Shown here: positions 8,840-19,563 of the stretch, in pieces
Layout: the number at the start of each line of letters is the position of its first letter
Position numbering within the stretch: the stretch's first letter is position 1
Origin: Nostoc sp. PCC 7120 = FACHB-418
GTDB lineage: Bacteria > Cyanobacteriota > Cyanobacteriia > Cyanobacteriales > Nostocaceae
Direction: 5' to 3'
DNA: 32,000 nt
NCBI RefSeq assembly: GCF_000009705.1
Contig: NC_003272.1
Location: 6,270,001-6,302,000 of the forward strand
Translations under genes and position numbers: made by a program
Notes under the pieces: model-generated
Database searches by the model: none
What the model was told of the DNA's origin: nothing
The model's input: the letters and a program-made list of their open reading frames with translations, nothing else

Positions 8840-10436
8840 GCCGCGTTCCTCATGCTCCTTGCAGAATCAATTACTCAAGATGGTTTTACTGCTCTTTTTA
8901 AAATGAGCTAGTTAACAACCGAAGATAGGGTTTTCAGTTCATTTCCCTAATCTTTTTCGGACGTTTTGTTCCTCATAAAAGAGAAACTTCTGGCTGAGAG
9001 TGAAAAGTCACATTAAATGCTGACTTACTCATTTGAGTACAAACCAAAAGTGTTGCCTTCGCATATCACTTTTAACTGGCTTGTCTAAAAAAACTGGCCT
9101 TGATAAAAAAATTTACCTCTTCATAAAAAATGATTTATGACTGTCGGCATATTTTCCTATAAAGACTCTTCCGATTGTAGCCTGTTTCACAGAAATTGCA
9201 CTCTTTTTGTGTGTTAATCATGAACTGATTAAGTAGGGTCAAGGCTCCAATATCAAAAAGATATTGTAAATGGTAGTAATCCCCTTAAATTTTCTCTAAA
9301 GCTTCTTGCAATTGCTGTGGCATTATCTTTACATTTTCAGGAAATTAAAGTTGCCTTCATACAATTTCTGGTATTGTGTGAAACATAAATTACTTAGAAA
9401 CAGTGTACTTCAAGTTAACTGAGGCAAGAATTATGAACGCACCCATTTTTACATTTCCTTCATAAATAAATTAGTCCGGAGAATTGAATAGGTCTTCCAA
9501 CAATGTGCATATAGCCAGAGAGATGATCCTTCTTTTCAGAAACTTAACTTTTTACGTGTTCATCACCGCTAGCTCGTAGTAAAAGCTATGAGCATACTAT
9601 CCAAAGGACTAGCGGTTGAGATTTCACAAATTTGGTCTTATTCACACATTAGCGTATCGCCGAGATTTTCAACCTCTGAATCTTGACAAACTCTTGTTAT
9701 TGTATCCAACGATATTTTAATCAATTCAAAAGGACTTTGACATTTAAAATTACAGATATTTGTCTACTTAAGGCAAAACTTTATCGAATACAGACAAAAT
9801 ATGTAACCTTTTCAAAGACGAAATAGTAATATAGCAGCCGCCTAGTAGCAGGATATTATCTAATGCGAGGAATGTCCTATTGTAAGTAGAAGTCAAGTGA
9901 AATGATTAGATTGGAGACTTTTAACTGTTTGACTTGATATGAGGAAGGTGTGAAATAGACTACGTTAGTTCTCAACAGGATTTATTATCTTGTGAGATTC
10001 AATCCTTAAGCATAGTCAGGCTCACGTTACAAACAAGAAGAGATTGAGCTTTGTTCTACAAGCTTAACAAATACTTTTTTGGTCTGTGGCTGGCATCAAC
10101 CCATAACTCACAAACTTGATATTTATCTATATTACTTAGATCAGTGATAAAAAACTTACAATAATCGTATAATATACTTGGCATTGAGTAAATTTTGTGC
10201 ATCGGTGTATGCAGAAAAAGTGATGATTGTGCTTAATATTCTTTATGTATCCTATCAAACATTTTTCTCGAACTAATAAAAAGACAAAAAAATTTTCTAT
10301 ACAGGATTGGTAGGAAGTGATGAGTGCTGTAAGCCCTGGGGTTATAGTCGCGCTCAAAGAGGTAGCAGGGCGATGAGCAGTGTACTGATAAAAGTTGATT
10401 TCTATACTTCCTCTGCCACCTCTGCCCCTTGATTAC

Positions 10437-11099
10437 CTATTGTGGTGTCGGTGTTGTGTTGGCATTGTTGGGAACATTGGGGGGCAAAATAACTTGGTCT
10501 ACGACATGAACGATGCCGTTACTAGCTGGTATATCTGCTTGAGTTACTCTAGCGCCGTTGACGGTAACAGTGTTATTGGTAGGGTCAACGTTGATGTTAA
10601 CGGGGCTACCTTCAACTGTTTTGACTTGTCCAGATTTGAGTTGGTTGGAAGTAAAACTGCCAGGAATGACGTGATAGGCCAAAAGTTTCACTAATTGCTG
10701 TTTGTTGGCTGGTTGAAGAAGGTTATTTAAGGTGTTTTTTGGTAAAGCAGCGAAAGCAGCGTCTGTAGGAGCAAATACGGTATAAGGCCCTGGGGCGGCT
10801 AACTGATCAGTTAAACCTGCGGCTTTTACTGCCTGTATTAATGTTGCAAACTGTCCTTGATTTGCTGCCGAATTTGCGAGTTCTGCTAGATTACGATTCT
10901 CAGTGGTGTTATTTGGTGTTGTGGGGCTAGGAGTTGGGGTGAGAGGAGGAACCGTTGATACGGGAGTTGACGCATCAGGGGGAACTGTGGCGGTGGGGAT
11001 TTCTGTAGTCGGTTGAGCGCAGGCAGATAGCGCTGTTAGACTAATCGCACCGAAAATATTGCAAAAACTTTTTCCTAGCAAGCTGTTAGTTGCTGGCAT
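10437..11099 (-). CDS. Fasciclin (FAS1) domain lipoprotein
   Basis: 220 aa. Lipobox LTALSAC after a signal peptide, then a Pro/Thr-rich linker and a FAS1 core (TVFAPTDAAFA, LLAYHVIPG, NGIVHVVDQVILP). Confidence 0.85.
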   Translation of the reverse strand: MPATNSLLGKSFCNIFGAISLTALSACAQPTTEIPTATVPPDASTPVSTVPPLTPTPSPTTPNNTTENRNLAELANSAANQGQFATLIQAVKAAGLTDQLAAPGPYTVFAPTDAAFAALPKNTLNNLLQPANKQQLVKLLAYHVIPGSFTSNQLKSGQVKTVEGSPVNINVDPTNNTVTVNGARVTQADIPASNGIVHVVDQVILPPNVPNNANTTPTPQ

Positions 11100-11282
11100 G
11101 GTTTTATTGTGACTTTATTTAGATAAAGAATTAATGACAATAGTCTTGGAATTTATGTGGCGTTCCCTCATCCTAATGGCGTAGTTTGGAGATTGAGCAT
11201 TAGGGATTGAGAACTATAGGCATCTGATTTGATTATTGTTGGCATAGCCTGTGCTTGCGTATAAATATCTAAATATCTATAG

Positions 11283-11329
11283 GGTGAGCAATGCTGACCA
11301 AAACTGAGATACGGTGGGCAATGCTCACC
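11283..11329. repeat. Two copies of a 17-nt near-palindrome (consensus GGTGRGCAATGCTSACC) 13 nt apart
   Basis: GGTGAGCAATGCTGACC (11283-11299) and GGTGGGCAATGCTCACC (11313-11329). The outer arms agggtgagca (11281-11290) and tgctcaccct (11322-11331) can also pair with each other. Confidence 0.6.
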
Positions 11330-11367
11330 CTGCGTGTGTTTTGTATGAATTTTGTTTTGTAAAGAGA

Positions 11368-11397
11368 ATGGGTAATTGTTTAAAATCAATTACCCAT
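11368..11397 (-). terminator. Hairpin 31 nt downstream of the gyrB stop (candidate terminator)
   Basis: ATGGGTAATTG (11368-11378) and CAATTACCCAT (11387-11397) form an 11-bp perfect stem with an 8-nt loop. The following minus-strand sequence, tctctttac, is only moderately T-rich. Confidence 0.5.
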
Positions 11398-11428
11398 TGT
11401 TATCTCAAATATTCAAACTTGTGACCGA

Positions 11429-13414
<1,986 letters not shown>

Positions 13415-13722
13415 TCAAATCACTCCAAAATTCTAACACAAAAGCCTTAACGGCGACTGTAGGGCATTTTTGTGAGAAGTTTATATAGGGGATGTAACCC
13501 CATAAGTTTTTTGAATTAATCGCCTTACTATTGCAAATTTCACCGATTTATAACATACTCAACAAGTTTTGAGTAGAAGAGATTAAGACTTTGTAGTGTT
13601 TAGTCTCCGAACACAATTTCATCTATCGTCTGTAAAATCGCTCAAAATCTAAAAAGAGCAAAATGCTTAAGAATCTTAGCACAAAAGTGTTGATGGGGAG
13701 CAGGGGAGTAGGGAAAAACTAT

Positions 13723-13750
13723 TGACAACTGACAACTGACCAATGACTAA
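13723..13750. repeat. STRR-type heptamer array (TGACAAC TGACAAC TGACCAA TGACTAA) running into the miaA start codon
   Basis: Direct reading. The ATG of miaA (13743-13745) lies inside the third and fourth units. Confidence 0.75.
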
Positions 13751-14630
13751 ATTAATCGTAATTTGTGGTGCTACGGCGACAGGTAAATCTGGTTTGGCTT
13801 TGAACTTAGCTATGCGGCTGGGTTCTGTGATTCTGAGTGCTGATTCTCGTCAAGTGTATCGTGAATTTGATATTGGTACAGCGAAACCAACGCTAGCAGA
13901 ACAAAGAGCCGTCCCTCATTATTTAATAGATATCTGCGCTCCTAGAGAGACGATGACAGTTGCAGATTATCAAGAACAGGCACAAGCATTGATTAATTCT
14001 TTGCCAGTCTCGCCGCTATTGTTAGTGGGAGGCACAGGTTTATATATACGTTCTATTGTGCAAGGGATGAAGATCCCCAGGGTTGCGCCGAATTATGAAT
14101 TGCGATCGCAACTCGCCTCTCTAGGTCAAACTACACTCTACGGCATATTACAACAAGTTGATCCCATTGCTGCCCAAAAAATTCATCCCAATGACCCTGT
14201 GCGAACTTTACGCGCAGTAGAAGTTTTTTACATTACTGGCATTCCCATATCGGCACAGCAAGGAGAGAATCCGCCAGATTACCCAATTTTACAGATTGGG
14301 TTAGATTGTGAAATGGAAAGACTGACTGAGCGGATTCACAAACGCACTGAGCAAATGATAACAGATGGCTTAGTTGGAGAAGTTGAATATCTTTGCCAAA
14401 AATATGGTGCTGAGTTACCCTTGTTAAATACTTTAGGTTATCAAGAAATAAAGCAATATTTAACTGGGGAAATTTCCTTAGAAGCAGCCAAAGAATTAAC
14501 TGTTTTGCATACACGACAATTTGCCAAACGCCAACGCACCTGGTTTAGAGCATCTCCCCAAATTGAGTGGTTTAATGCAGATCATCCTGATTTATTAGAT
14601 ATTGTTTGCCAGCACATACAACAACCGTAG
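13743..14630 (+). CDS. miaA: tRNA dimethylallyltransferase
   Basis: 295 aa. P-loop GATATGKSGLAL, followed by SADSRQVYREFDIGTAKP and HYLID. Confidence 0.93.
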   Translation: MTKLIVICGATATGKSGLALNLAMRLGSVILSADSRQVYREFDIGTAKPTLAEQRAVPHYLIDICAPRETMTVADYQEQAQALINSLPVSPLLLVGGTGLYIRSIVQGMKIPRVAPNYELRSQLASLGQTTLYGILQQVDPIAAQKIHPNDPVRTLRAVEVFYITGIPISAQQGENPPDYPILQIGLDCEMERLTERIHKRTEQMITDGLVGEVEYLCQKYGAELPLLNTLGYQEIKQYLTGEISLEAAKELTVLHTRQFAKRQRTWFRASPQIEWFNADHPDLLDIVCQHIQQP

Positions 14631-14651
14631 AGACGTTTCACGAAACGTCTC
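14630..14651. terminator. Perfect palindromic hairpin GAGACGTTTC-ac-GAAACGTCTC between the convergent miaA and Uma2 gene ends
   Basis: Its first base is the G of the miaA stop codon (TAG, 14628-14630). The arms are 10 nt and perfectly complementary. It shares the AGACG...CGTCT arms with the hairpin at 28921-28940. Confidence 0.6.
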
Positions 14652-14679
14652 CATTAAACCGTACATTCACGAAATGCGT

Positions 14680-15420
14680 CTATATAATATCAGGATCAAT
14701 ACCCATAGCCCTTAACCTTTCAGCCAATAATTGAGCGCGTGTTTCTGCTTGTTCAGCACGTTGTCTTTCCTGTTCAGCACGTTGTCTTTCTTGTTCAGCA
14801 CGTTCATCTCCTGTCAACAAAACATTACCATCTTGATAGCACCAACGTAACCAAGTATCCTGCCGACCTTCAAACTCACCTTCCCAGAAAGTGACACCTA
14901 AACCAACTTGTTCTAACCAACTTTCTGAAGTTTCAAAATAACGTCTTCCCCTAAGTTCATAGACTCGCAGTATTTTCTCTCCTAATTGCTGAGTAGAATC
15001 ATAAACAATGTAGTAACTTGCGCGCATTTGTTCATAAATTTGCAACTTTTTACTAAGTTCCTCACCTTCTGTATTGGAGACAATTTCTATCACAACTTCT
15101 GGGGGTTTACCAAATCGCCAAACCATATAACAACGATTTTGTTTCTCCCACCAATTGTCAGGAATTTCGACATCCAAACTCAGGAAAACATCGGGTACAA
15201 TTGGCGGCTGTTTATCTGTGTGATATATACCGACATTGGCTTCAGCCAAAAAAGGTTGGTTTTGTAAAGAACTATAAAGAGAGCCGACTAATAGGCGTTG
15301 TTGTTTGGCAGATGCGAAATTATCCACAGGTGTATCATCTTCTGTAACTAGCAGGTTGGCATCTGGCACATAGAAATCATCATTATTTATGAGAAGTTGC
15401 TCAACCATAAATTTATCCAC
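14680..15420 (-). CDS. Uma2 (DUF820) family putative endonuclease with a C-terminal coiled-coil extension
   Basis: The core shows Uma2-type acidic motifs: PDVFLSLD, PEVVIEIVS..T.GEE and ASYYIVYD. The tail is (RAEQERQ)x3...LLAERLRAMGIDPD. The codon at 15418-15420 is GTG; the first ATG is at 15408 (MVEQLL..). Confidence 0.8.
   Translation of the reverse strand: MDKFMVEQLLINNDDFYVPDANLLVTEDDTPVDNFASAKQQRLLVGSLYSSLQNQPFLAEANVGIYHTDKQPPIVPDVFLSLDVEIPDNWWEKQNRCYMVWRFGKPPEVVIEIVSNTEGEELSKKLQIYEQMRASYYIVYDSTQQLGEKILRVYELRGRRYFETSESWLEQVGLGVTFWEGEFEGRQDTWLRWCYQDGNVLLTGDERAEQERQRAEQERQRAEQAETRAQLLAERLRAMGIDPDII
14750..14805. repeat. 21-nt tandem repeat, 2.7 copies, inside the Uma2 gene
   Basis: tgttcagcacgttgtctttcc / tgttcagcacgttgtctttct / tgttcagcacgttc. 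On the minus strand it encodes ERAEQERQRAEQERQRAEQ. Confidence 0.9.
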
Positions 15421-15584
15421 TATCTAAGAGCGTTATTTCTAGGTTAATAGATTGGTGGGCAGTTGAATATCTTGGGGTGATGGTCTGAGACTGACTGTAG
15501 GCGATCGCCTCTTCACCCCTTGAAACTGCTATTCTTGCAACAATAGTAAGTAAGCTCCTCCACTCAGTAGTTAAATAAAAATCT

Positions 15585-17063
15585 ATGCTTATCCAAGACC
15601 AAGATAAAAAACAACGTAACTGGAAACCCATTATCAAAGCATTTGAGGCTGTCCTGGGTAAAAATGGTGTAGTCCAACGCCGTGAGGAACTTATCACCTA
15701 TGAGTGTGATGGTTTAACTAGCTATCGCCAACGTCCGGCTGTAGCGGTTTTACCTAGAACTACGGAACAAGTGGCGGCGGTAGTGAAAATATGTAATCAG
15801 TATTCTGTCCCCTTCATTGCACGGGGTTCTGGGACTGGCTTATCTGGTGGTGCTTTACCATCGGAAGATTCAGTTTTAATTGTTACTTCTTTAATGCGAC
15901 AAATTCTGAGCGTTGACTTAGATAATCAGCGTATTATTGTACAACCAGGGGTAATTAACAGTTGGGTGACACAGACTGTTAGTGGTGCTGGATTTTATTA
16001 TGCGCCAGACCCTTCTAGTCAGATTATCTGTTCCATTGGGGGTAACGTTGCGGAAAACTCTGGTGGGGTGCATTGTTTGAAGTATGGTGTCACAACAAAT
16101 CACGTTTTGGGTTTGAAAATTGTCACGCCGGAAGGAGAAATAGTTGATTTAGGTGGACAAATTCCCGAAAGTCCTGGTTATGACTTAACTGGTATATTTG
16201 TCGGTTCGGAGGGTACTTTAGGGATTGCTACAGAAATTACCTTGCGGATTCTCAAAAGTGCAGAATCGATTTGTGTGTTATTAGCAGACTTTACCAGTGT
16301 GGAAGCGGCTGGGGCGACCGTTTCCGACATCATCAGCGCGGGGATAATTCCTGGTGGGATGGAAATGATGGATAACGTTAGTATTAACGCGGTGGAAGAT
16401 GTTGTTGCTACTAATTGTTATCCGCGTGATGCAACAGCAATTTTGTTAGTAGAAATTGATGGTTTAGAAGTTGAAGTTGCGGTGAATAAACAACGCGTTA
16501 TAGATATTTGTAAACAGAATGGGGCGCGTAGTGTGACTTCTGCTAGTGACCCAGAAATGAGATTGAAATTATGGAAAGGGCGTAAGGCGGCTTTTGCTGC
16601 GGCTGGTCATTTAAGCCCAGATTATTATGTGCAGGATGGGGTAATTCCTCGGACTCAATTACCTTATGTGTTGCAGGAAATTGAGGTGTTGAGTCAAAAA
16701 TTTGGTTATCCAATTGCCAATGTTTTTCATGCTGGTGATGGTAATCTGCATCCGTTGATTTTGTTTGATAATGCCATTCCTGGTGCATTGGAGAAAGTCG
16801 AGGAATTGGGAGGAGAAATTCTCAAACTTTGTGTGAGAGTCGGCGGTAGCATTTCTGGAGAACATGGGATTGGGGCAGATAAAAAATGTTATATGCCTGA
16901 TATGTTTAGTGATGCTGATTTAGAAACAATGCAGTGGGTACGGCAGGTATTTAACCCCCAAGGTTTGGCTAATCCGGGAAAGATATTCCCCACACCGCGC
17001 ACTTGTGGCGAAGCGGCTAACGTAGCTAATCATAAGCAGTTGGAAGGAGTGGAAAGGTTTTAA
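15585..17063 (+). CDS. glcD: FAD-linked oxidase, glycolate oxidase subunit GlcD type
   Basis: 492 aa. FAD-binding PCMH domain (ARGSGTGLSGGALP, GVINSWV), GGVHCLKYGVTTNHVLGLKIV, and a C-terminal SGEHGIG motif. Confidence 0.85.
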   Translation: MLIQDQDKKQRNWKPIIKAFEAVLGKNGVVQRREELITYECDGLTSYRQRPAVAVLPRTTEQVAAVVKICNQYSVPFIARGSGTGLSGGALPSEDSVLIVTSLMRQILSVDLDNQRIIVQPGVINSWVTQTVSGAGFYYAPDPSSQIICSIGGNVAENSGGVHCLKYGVTTNHVLGLKIVTPEGEIVDLGGQIPESPGYDLTGIFVGSEGTLGIATEITLRILKSAESICVLLADFTSVEAAGATVSDIISAGIIPGGMEMMDNVSINAVEDVVATNCYPRDATAILLVEIDGLEVEVAVNKQRVIDICKQNGARSVTSASDPEMRLKLWKGRKAAFAAAGHLSPDYYVQDGVIPRTQLPYVLQEIEVLSQKFGYPIANVFHAGDGNLHPLILFDNAIPGALEKVEELGGEILKLCVRVGGSISGEHGIGADKKCYMPDMFSDADLETMQWVRQVFNPQGLANPGKIFPTPRTCGEAANVANHKQLEGVERF

Positions 17064-17081
17064 TAGATGTTTTCTTAAGAT

Positions 17082-17150
17082 TTGGTAATTGGTAATTGGT
17101 AATTGGGAGTAAATTTTAGTCAATTACCGATTACCTATTACCCATCACCA
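17082..17150. repeat. Inverted STRR heptamer arrays: (TTGGTAA)x3 facing (TTACCNA)x3
   Basis: ttggtaa x3 at 17082-17102, then ttaccga ttaccta ttaccca at 17124-17144. This gives a potential long imperfect hairpin just after the glcD stop. Confidence 0.8.
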
Positions 17151-17285
17151 GTTCTTAAAATACTGATTTTTTATTTATAAATTTGATTATTGATACATAC
17201 ATAACGTTATTTTTATATATTACGGGGGTATACTAACTTATTCCGTAACTCCCATTACTTCTTCCGAGCGAAGTCAAGCTTCCAA

Positions 17286-18548
17286 ATGAATCGGTTGGCT
17301 AAACTTTTTTTTTCTTACTTGCTGTTTGTGCAACTGCTGTTGTATCTAACAGGATTATCTGTTCCTTCATTTTCTAACTATGAACAAAAAAGCAATCTAC
17401 CAACTACAACAGAAATTCGTGGAGTTTGGCTGACTAATGTTGCTAGTGGTGTACTGTTTGTACCTTGGGGTATCAATCGTGCTATTGACCAACTATCCGC
17501 ACTGAACTTTAATACAATTTATCCTGTAGTTTGGAACCGAGGCTATACCTTTTATAAAAGCAGTACAGCTAAATCTGTTACGGGTTCTGATACTCAACCC
17601 TTGCTGAACTTCGTCCACGGAGGACAGGATGTTTTGGCAAAGATAGTTGCACTTGCTAAACCAAAAAATTTAAGTGTTATTCCCTGGTTTGAATATGGTT
17701 TTATGGCACCACCGGATTCAGTGATAGCAAAGCGACATCCTGAGTGGTTAACAAATGGTCAGGGCGGAGTGATCACTATTAGTGAAATGCTACCAGAAGA
17801 AAGTGACAACGACCCTACAAATAAGTTAGTTTGGCTCAACCCTTTACACCCAGAGGTACAGAAGTTTATCCTATCGCTAATTTCAGAAGTTGTTACTAAT
17901 TATCATATCGATGGCATTCAAGTTGATGATCATTTTGGAATGCCAGTACAGTTTGGCTATGATCCATATACAACTGAACTTTATCAAAAAGAACATAAAG
18001 GTAAAAGCCCCCCTCGCAACCATTTGGATGCGGAATGGATGAAGTGGCGTGCTAACAAGATTACTCGTTTCATGACACAAGTCTCTCAAGTAGTGAAAGA
18101 GATTAAACCCAGTGTTAAGGTATCTCTTTCTCCCAATTCGCAAGCTTTCGCCTACAAGTATTATTTGCAAGATTGGGCAAATTGGATAAAGACAGGTTTA
18201 GTGGATGAATTGATTTTGCAGGTGTATCGCAATGATAAAAGTAGCTTTGTGTACGAATTAGAACAGCCTGCGGTCAAGCTTGCCCGTACTCAAATTCCCG
18301 TAGCTATTGGCATATCCACAGGAACCTTGCGAAGTCCTGTTAAGATTGAGCAAATTAGAGAACAAGTACAAGCTGTACGCGATCGCTCTTTTTTTGGTAT
18401 CTCTTTCTTTTACTGGGAAAGTCTGTGGGGTTACATCACCCCAGAATCACCCCCATACCGCCGTCAAGTATTTCAAAAAATGTTTACGGCTAAAGCCGCT
18501 AGGCCGTTAGCACCAGTGAGGGAAAGCAAAAGGCAGGGTGAAGGATAA
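17286..18548 (+). CDS. Glycoside hydrolase-like family 10 (GHL10/DUF187, YngK-like) protein, secreted
   Basis: 420 aa. N-terminal hydrophobic signal, then EIRGVWLTNV, FNTIYPVVWNRGYTFY, IPWFEYGF and GIQVDDHFG, typical of the TIM-barrel GHL10 family. Confidence 0.7.
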   Translation: MNRLAKLFFSYLLFVQLLLYLTGLSVPSFSNYEQKSNLPTTTEIRGVWLTNVASGVLFVPWGINRAIDQLSALNFNTIYPVVWNRGYTFYKSSTAKSVTGSDTQPLLNFVHGGQDVLAKIVALAKPKNLSVIPWFEYGFMAPPDSVIAKRHPEWLTNGQGGVITISEMLPEESDNDPTNKLVWLNPLHPEVQKFILSLISEVVTNYHIDGIQVDDHFGMPVQFGYDPYTTELYQKEHKGKSPPRNHLDAEWMKWRANKITRFMTQVSQVVKEIKPSVKVSLSPNSQAFAYKYYLQDWANWIKTGLVDELILQVYRNDKSSFVYELEQPAVKLARTQIPVAIGISTGTLRSPVKIEQIREQVQAVRDRSFFGISFFYWESLWGYITPESPPYRRQVFQKMFTAKAARPLAPVRESKRQGEG

Positions 18549-18586
18549 AAAGCCTCTTTCCTCATTCCTACTCCCCAATTATCCCC

Positions 18587-19153
18587 ATGAAAACACCGTT
18601 AAAATTTATCTTGCTGTGGACTATAGCCACTTTTGGCGGGTTTTTGGGTAGTTTGTTTTGGGTGGAAGTTGGGGAACAGTCAGAGATTGGCATTGTACAA
18701 GCTGCCATTGGTGGATTAGCGATCGCCATACCTCAAAGTTTAATCCTTCGAGAAAATATTTTTATATTCAGGTGGGTTTCTTTCACCTTGGCAGCTTGGG
18801 TAATAATTACAGCTATCGGTATCGGCGCGATTGGTTGGGTTGTACCTTCTGGTGAATTTCTCCCTCTACGTCTCCTGTATGGGGCAAAAATTGGTGTTGT
18901 TGGCGGTCTGTCATTGGGAATAGCCCAATGGTTGGCAATTCGTCAGCCAATTTCATGGACTTGGCAATGGATATTAGTTAATTCTTTTAGTTGGGCGATC
19001 GCTATCCCCATAGGTACTACTATAGGGTTTATCCTCCGCCGCCTCACGCACTTGTTTTTAGGTGAAGTCGCCGGATTAGCTATCACTTGGCTCGTAGTCG
19101 CTATACTCACAGGTATTAACGCCTACAGGTTGGATAGGGGTATAGGGGTATAG
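18587..19153 (+). CDS. Integral membrane protein of unknown function (about 6 TM, internally duplicated)
   Basis: 188 aa with an ATG start. Hydrophobic throughout. GGLAIAIPQSLILRENI..RWV and GGLSLGIAQWLAIRQPISWTWQWI look like a duplicated module. Confidence 0.6.
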   Translation: MKTPLKFILLWTIATFGGFLGSLFWVEVGEQSEIGIVQAAIGGLAIAIPQSLILRENIFIFRWVSFTLAAWVIITAIGIGAIGWVVPSGEFLPLRLLYGAKIGVVGGLSLGIAQWLAIRQPISWTWQWILVNSFSWAIAIPIGTTIGFILRRLTHLFLGEVAGLAITWLVVAILTGINAYRLDRGIGV

Positions 19154-19563
19154 GGGGATGGGGGTTTAAAACTCTCACACCCTTACACCCACTCTTAACA
19201 AAAAATATGGGTGCATAAGTCCTATTTAAGTTAAGCAATCATGACTTTATTAAGAAATATAACGTTAATTAATTTACTGTTTGAATTGCATTAAGCTTAT
19301 GCAACAATCTTAATTAAATCTTAATAATAAGTTTCAGTAAAATTACACTAGCCTGCAAATGCGTTTTCACCTTCACCAAGCAGGATTTTTTAATCTTATT
19401 GCTATCTACTTTTCTAGATTTCTGGTAAGAAATAAAGATAGGGCAAAATATCACAAGCAAAGTCGAACTAAATTTCACTTTAGGCGCTAAAAAGCATTTT
19501 CTACCATGAAATTCCGAGAGAACGCGCCTACACGAGCCAGTAAAACCAGACAGGGACTCTCGC

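Noticed and set aside
9177-9190. NtcA-like site GTAgcctgtttCAC upstream of sigA
   Set aside because: It deviates from GTA-N8-TAC in the second half-site. On the sigA strand there is no clear TAN3T -10 box at the expected spacing of about 22 nt. It is too weak to call without TSS data.
10136-10694. ORFs 10136-10357(-) and 10395-10694(+)
   Set aside because: The first is an AT-rich frame in the non-coding sigA upstream region, rich in Ile/Phe/Cys/His. The second is antisense to the fasciclin gene.
11168-11389. 73-aa minus-strand ORF downstream of gyrB
   Set aside because: It spans the palindromic repeats and the terminator hairpin, and its composition is not protein-like. Repeat or terminator DNA explains it better.
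13480-13515. Plus-strand terminator-like element ggggatgtaacccc followed by aagtttttt in the gyrB/miaA divergent region
   Set aside because: The stem is only 4 bp (GGGG/CCCC) and the flanking bases do not extend the pairing. That is not enough for a terminator or sRNA call.
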